A stretch of DNA of 32,000 nt from Candidatus Hermodarchaeota archaeon (GTDB lineage: Archaea > Asgardarchaeota > Heimdallarchaeia > Hodarchaeales > Hodarchaeaceae): contig JBHLKY010000005.1 in assembly GCA_048886185.1 (NCBI GenBank), positions 86,901 to 118,900 on the forward strand. Direction: 5' to 3'. The notes below the pieces were generated by a model that ran no database searches, had not been told where the DNA came from, and worked only from the letters and a program-made list of their open reading frames with translations. Below, piece by piece: positions 27,346 to 32,000 of the stretch. How positions within the stretch are numbered: the stretch's first letter is position 1; each line of letters begins with the position of its first letter. The translations under genes were made by a program, and so were the position numbers.

Positions 27346-30300
27346 ATGATTGATTCCTTTCTTATTTGTAGAAAAAAAAATGCAATTTCACTGACAATCG
27401 TTGCCTTTCTATTCCTTGCTATATGTGTTAATCTACCAACATTGTTCTTAGATAAACAAACAGTACCAAGCTTAAGATCTCCTCCAAATGTCTCCTCCCA
27501 AGACCCCTCAATGGATACTATTGTTGATAGTATTCCGAAACCAGATTTTGAACAATATCAATTTTTGGATCCTAAACTTCGTTCATATATGGAGACAGGG
27601 AAGATACCTGAAGGTATCAAAGCCTATAAGGATAGAGTATATTTCCTAATGGGAGCAACAATTAATGTTGATTTTGAAGCGTTGAATGAACATATGACAA
27701 TTAAACAGGTTGCCAAGCTCAATGGTGGCTATATTATACAGGGATATGTCACAAACAGTAAAGTACTACGACGGATTTACTCGAGATCCGATGTAGGAGT
27801 TATAATGTCCGAAAAAAAAGCAGAATTCAAAGAGAATAATAATCCTAAAGATATTACAAAACAGTTTAACATGCAAGAAGTCATGAATGCAGACCGAGTA
27901 AATAATGTGACTGGTAAGGGTGAATTTGACTATCCTATTGATGGAACAGGTGTCACCATTGGTCTTGTTGATTCAGGTACAGATTTCGGTGTTACTGATC
28001 TTAGTACAGCTTACGCAATTGACTCCTCGGGATATCCAACGAGTTTTGACGGTGAAGGCGCAGGATTGGCTGTCACAAATGCATCAATTGCAAGGAGTGG
28101 GGATTATCTACTCCTAAATAACCATAGCTACCCGATCTGGATCGGAGATACAGCTTCTTGGCTTAATTCAACTGATTTGTTTGATACCGAGGATATTAAG
28201 GTTGGAACAGGAATCCCCAGCGTATCTGGCATATATAAAGTTGGAATTGCTGGAACATTTTCCCCTGGTATGCCTTATGCAATAGAATTCTTTCTATTCC
28301 TTCTCACTGATTCAACAACAGATTCAGTTTACGATACACTATATATCGATTGGGAAACTTCATGGAATCTTACAGCTATTTATAATGAGCTTACAAATGG
28401 GCCAATGGCTGACTGGGACTTTACTAATAACGATCCTCACCGTTGGGGAGACGGTACCGAAGTATTAGCTACTGATTTTAACAGTGATGGCATTAATGAT
28501 TTCAGTTTAGGATGTTTAGCAAATACAAACGATATTTATGACATTATGACTGGCGGATTAATTAATGGAATTGACAATACTGGAGCTGGAATCGCTTTCA
28601 TGTGTGATCCTGATGGTCATGGAACAAGTACTGCTGCAGCTGCAGCTGGTCGTGGAATCACGGATTATGATGTTTATGGCAATGGTACCATGTATAAGCT
28701 TCCTGGGATAGCTCCTGCAGCTGATTTAATGGCTATTAGGGCTTTTAATCCCTATGGATGGTTATGGGGTTCTGGTTGGGATCCTATCGTAGGTCAAGAA
28801 CCAAATCGAGATTTCCTTAACTGGACCTATACTGGTAATCATAAAGCCAACCTCCTTAGTAACTCTTGGGGTTGGGTAGGTTTTGAAATCAACGATTTTA
28901 TTTGGGGTTATGACTGGTGGAGTTGGTTTATTGATTACCTCTCAGCTTGGAATAGCACTTTAATTCTAATGGCTGCTGGAAATGATGGCCCTGGTTACGG
29001 TTCAGGATTCACACCAAGCAGTGCTGCTGCACTAACAGTTGGAGCGAGTACGAGCTTTCATATTTACGAAGATGTTTATGATAATAACAGCTATTGGGAA
29101 CAAGGTGCAGATCAGATAATCTCATGGTCATCAGGTGGTCCAATGCCATCAGGGGTTCCAAAACCTAATGTTGTAGCTGTTGGATCAGGAACATTTACTG
29201 TTGACTCATTAGATCACGGACAGGGAGATGGTTCGAATGCTGTTGGAATTTTTGGAGGAACCAGCCTAGCTTGCCCTGTAGCAGCAGGTGTTGCTGCTTT
29301 AATGTTTCAAGCTGGTTATGATAGTAGTGTCTTTCCATCTCCAGATGAACCTGGCTATATAAAGGCTGTAATGGGATCAACTGCTATGGATTTAGGGTAT
29401 GATCCTTTCCGTCAAGGATCAGGATTGGTTGACGCATGGCGAGCTGTAAACATGATGTTTGGTAATAACACAGATGGAACAGATCCAATGCTTTTAGTAT
29501 ATGGTACTTCAACCTTTGATCGTGTTGCTACCAAGGATGATCGTTCAAGTGGTTGGCTAGGATACTACACGGGATTATACGAAACTGGAGATCCCTTCTC
29601 TCCAGAACAGGATACATCAACCCGACGACAATATCATCCATCGGAATTTATGCAAAGTGTTGGTGATAACAACCTGTTTACTGGAAGTTTATTCCCTGGT
29701 GAATCACAAACATCCCAAATGTTGGTTTCAACTGCTGGAGCTCCTAATACCGCGGATTCTGCAGCAGCTTATGAACTAGTTCTTTGGAATGAATCGACTA
29801 GCATGCTGCATTCAACTTCAGAGAACACAACGTGGCCCTTAGAGGATAATTTTGATACTGCTTTTATGAATCAATGGAATACTTGTGACTACGCAGTAAT
29901 ATATCTTACTTACGATAAAAATATGTTCGAAGATGTTTTTCGGGCAGTTGATGACAGTAATTATGTATTTTTACATGATTGGAACGATTTGAATGACAAT
30001 GGACGGATAGATTTCGCACCAGAGGAAAATGGCGAGGTACGTCGGGTGCAGAGTGACACAGGTGGCGGAAATAATCACCAATTACATGTTGGAAAACCAG
30101 GTGAGGCATTCTACAAGACAGGCATAGGTAGTAGAGGGCCGACAATCTATTACCGTGATATTGGCTTTGAAAACGACCGGTGGTCATCCCTGGACGTTTT
30201 AATAACCATTCGTCTTTATAAGAAGACACTCTGGCAAGGAACTCCAATAGATGTAAATCTCATTCTCAATAGTACCTTTGTATGGAATATCACAGTCACA

Positions 30301-32000
30301 GTGGACCAATCCGCTTCTCCAGGGATGTATGGTGGTTTTATTGAATGGACTGAAGGTAGTTTAGTGACAACACGAACTCCAGTTTGTGTCAGAGTAGATG
30401 GCAAAGCTCCTCCTGATATCTCTTTATCATGGGGTGGATCCACTGGTAGACCATATGATAATGGTGCAACTTTCGGAGGTGTTAATTGGTTGGGTCAAAC
30501 TCCAGCTACAGGTGATTGGCGATTCTACTATGTAGATATCGATTATTTTTTAAATAATGCGACTGATGACTTTACAACATGGGTTATGACAAATGTCACA
30601 TGGACAGATCCAGAAACTGTGATTGATGTATACGTTTTCATGAGTGGATATGGAAGTATGGTCTACTTTGGTCCTTATAGTGCAACACAGTCTCAATCAG
30701 AGATCTTCGATTGGACGGGTCGAACTGAAGGTAGACCCACTGGTGAGCGTTCGAATGTACTACTCACTGATTTCACATGGGATGTAAGTGGTTGGTGGGG
30801 TTGGAATACCACAGGTACAGAAGAATGGTTGAATGATAATTCCATTGCTTCTGCTGGACACCTTGGTTACTTTGGTATCGCTTTACGTACAATTGAATAT
30901 GGTTCAATGGCAGCCTATGAAAATTTCACCGTTACCATAAGCGCAGTTCGTAATAGTACATTAACAAGTTACCGAGAAGCTGGACTTCAATCAATTGATG
31001 ACAGTTGGGATCCCTCCTTAATCGGTGGATATCCACCTGCTCCGTTTGCGAATGTTACTCATGAAGGTTTGGATGGACTTATGTCTAACGCACCAACAGC
31101 AATGATTAGAGCTATTGATGACGGAGGTGCAGCAGTTACTAGCGGTAGCAGTTGGGAAGGACCCCACGCTCGGTTCAGTGGCACTTTTGATCCTTGGTCT
31201 CTACCTGGATTTCAAAGTGTTATGATTCGTAATACAGAAATTAAGATTGAATTAGTCGATTCAATTTACGTTGAAGGATTATTGACCGAGGATACTGCAA
31301 TACCGCGTGATTTACCCTCTAATCCAGATGATCTCGACTGGACACACCCTTGGTATGGTATTGAGGCGGGTCAGCGAATTAAACTAGATTTAACTGTACC
31401 AGATCCTCCAGGTATTCCAGGAGATCCTCCACATGATCTAGAGCTAGTATTGGTATCGCCATCAGGGATAATGGTTGCCACAAGTACGAGTGAAGGTAGT
31501 GTAGAAAGCATTAGCCATGTTGCAGCTGAAAGTGGAACGTATATCATTGGTGTTGATTACTGGGGTATCGATGAGTCGCCCTATTATCTTTGGGGTGATT
31601 GGCCAGGCGGTCTTCCATTTATCGTAACAGGCAGGGCAGCCCTAGGTGTCTCCCAAGGAGCTATTGGAACCACCGTGACTGTTGACAGCCATACTCTAGG
31701 TCAAAACAATGTGTTCGAGATAATTGTCAAAGGATACACTAATACATCACTAGATTGGTTACCTTTCGCAGAACACGTCGTAACAGATGTTACCATCAAT
31801 AATTTCCTTCCACCAGTAGTTAAAGTAACCTATCCTAATGGTGGGGAAATAGTTGGTCCAGAACCAGTTACCATTACATGGACAGCTAGTGATCCTAATG
31901 AAGATAGTCTTCTTTTTACAGTCGAAGTTAGTAGTGATGGAGGATTAACTTGGAAACGCCTCGTACGAAACCAAAGAGAAATATATTCTCTAGAAAGGGA
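27346..32000 (+). CDS. Large secreted S8 subtilisin-like serine protease (pyrolysin-like), 3'-partial
   Basis: Open frame from ATG 27346 to the window end (>1550 codons; missing from the ORF track for lack of a stop). Signal peptide; catalytic Asp in GLVDSG (27970), His in DGHGT (28618), oxyanion Asn in AAGND (28981), Ser in GGTSLACP (29263); PPC-like domain near 31370-31570; YPNGGE Ig-like repeat near the end. Confidence 0.95.
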   Translation, partial: MIDSFLICRKKNAISLTIVAFLFLAICVNLPTLFLDKQTVPSLRSPPNVSSQDPSMDTIVDSIPKPDFEQYQFLDPKLRSYMETGKIPEGIKAYKDRVYFLMGATINVDFEALNEHMTIKQVAKLNGGYIIQGYVTNSKVLRRIYSRSDVGVIMSEKKAEFKENNNPKDITKQFNMQEVMNADRVNNVTGKGEFDYPIDGTGVTIGLVDSGTDFGVTDLSTAYAIDSSGYPTSFDGEGAGLAVTNASIARSGDYLLLNNHSYPIWIGDTASWLNSTDLFDTEDIKVGTGIPSVSGIYKVGIAGTFSPGMPYAIEFFLFLLTDSTTDSVYDTLYIDWETSWNLTAIYNELTNGPMADWDFTNNDPHRWGDGTEVLATDFNSDGINDFSLGCLANTNDIYDIMTGGLINGIDNTGAGIAFMCDPDGHGTSTAAAAAGRGITDYDVYGNGTMYKLPGIAPAADLMAIRAFNPYGWLWGSGWDPIVGQEPNRDFLNWTYTGNHKANLLSNSWGWVGFEINDFIWGYDWWSWFIDYLSAWNSTLILMAAGNDGPGYGSGFTPSSAAALTVGASTSFHIYEDVYDNNSYWEQGADQIISWSSGGPMPSGVPKPNVVAVGSGTFTVDSLDHGQGDGSNAVGIFGGTSLACPVAAGVAALMFQAGYDSSVFPSPDEPGYIKAVMGSTAMDLGYDPFRQGSGLVDAWRAVNMMFGNNTDGTDPMLLVYGTSTFDRVATKDDRSSGWLGYYTGLYETGDPFSPEQDTSTRRQYHPSEFMQSVGDNNLFTGSLFPGESQTSQMLVSTAGAPNTADSAAAYELVLWNESTSMLHSTSENTTWPLEDNFDTAFMNQWNTCDYAVIYLTYDKNMFEDVFRAVDDSNYVFLHDWNDLNDNGRIDFAPEENGEVRRVQSDTGGGNNHQLHVGKPGEAFYKTGIGSRGPTIYYRDIGFENDRWSSLDVLITIRLYKKTLWQGTPIDVNLILNSTFVWNITVTVDQSASPGMYGGFIEWTEGSLVTTRTPVCVRVDGKAPPDISLSWGGSTGRPYDNGATFGGVNWLGQTPATGDWRFYYVDIDYFLNNATDDFTTWVMTNVTWTDPETVIDVYVFMSGYGSMVYFGPYSATQSQSEIFDWTGRTEGRPTGERSNVLLTDFTWDVSGWWGWNTTGTEEWLNDNSIASAGHLGYFGIALRTIEYGSMAAYENFTVTISAVRNSTLTSYREAGLQSIDDSWDPSLIGGYPPAPFANVTHEGLDGLMSNAPTAMIRAIDDGGAAVTSGSSWEGPHARFSGTFDPWSLPGFQSVMIRNTEIKIELVDSIYVEGLLTEDTAIPRDLPSNPDDLDWTHPWYGIEAGQRIKLDLTVPDPPGIPGDPPHDLELVLVSPSGIMVATSTSEGSVESISHVAAESGTYIIGVDYWGIDESPYYLWGDWPGGLPFIVTGRAALGVSQGAIGTTVTVDSHTLGQNNVFEIIVKGYTNTSLDWLPFAEHVVTDVTINNFLPPVVKVTYPNGGEIVGPEPVTITWTASDPNEDSLLFTVEVSSDGGLTWKRLVRNQREIYSLER

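Noticed and set aside
27920-30443. ORFs 27920..28117, 29195..29380, 29906..30247, 30216..30443
   Set aside because: Off-frame or antisense shadows of the uninterrupted S8 protease frame.

Overview
AT-rich archaeal chromosomal window, probably an Asgard (Heimdallarchaeia-like) genome. The lineage is inferred from TATA/BRE promoters, SerK, a tungsten AOR, a CTERM-type surface protein and a UFM1-like domain. About 25 CDS; I found no rRNA, tRNA, CRISPR array or mobile element. Two large genes missing from the ORF track run off the edges: an M32 carboxypeptidase (1456 to <1, minus) and a >1550-aa pyrolysin-like S8 protease (27346 to >32000, plus). The interior holds threonine synthase, a surface protein, a regulator plus ABC-2 exporter operon, thyX, serK, an ECF transporter cluster, a nucleotidyltransferase, zupT, aor, MoaD/ThiS-like proteins, an RHH regulator, a PAS histidine kinase and an N6-adenine DNA methyltransferase. 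Best candidates for new biology: (1) a YkoEDC-like ECF importer whose S-component is fused to, and preceded by a lipoprotein built of, cysteine-less sulfite-oxidase/MsrP-fold domains, possibly a pterin-cofactor (Moco/Wco) scavenger; (2) three beta-grasp proteins beside aor, none ending in free Gly-Gly, one with a UFM1-like domain; (3) a GC-rich structured leader on aor; (4) a HEAT-tailed histidine kinase overlapping an apparently nuclease-dead DNA methyltransferase. All family assignments are by-eye motif recognition; no searches were run.
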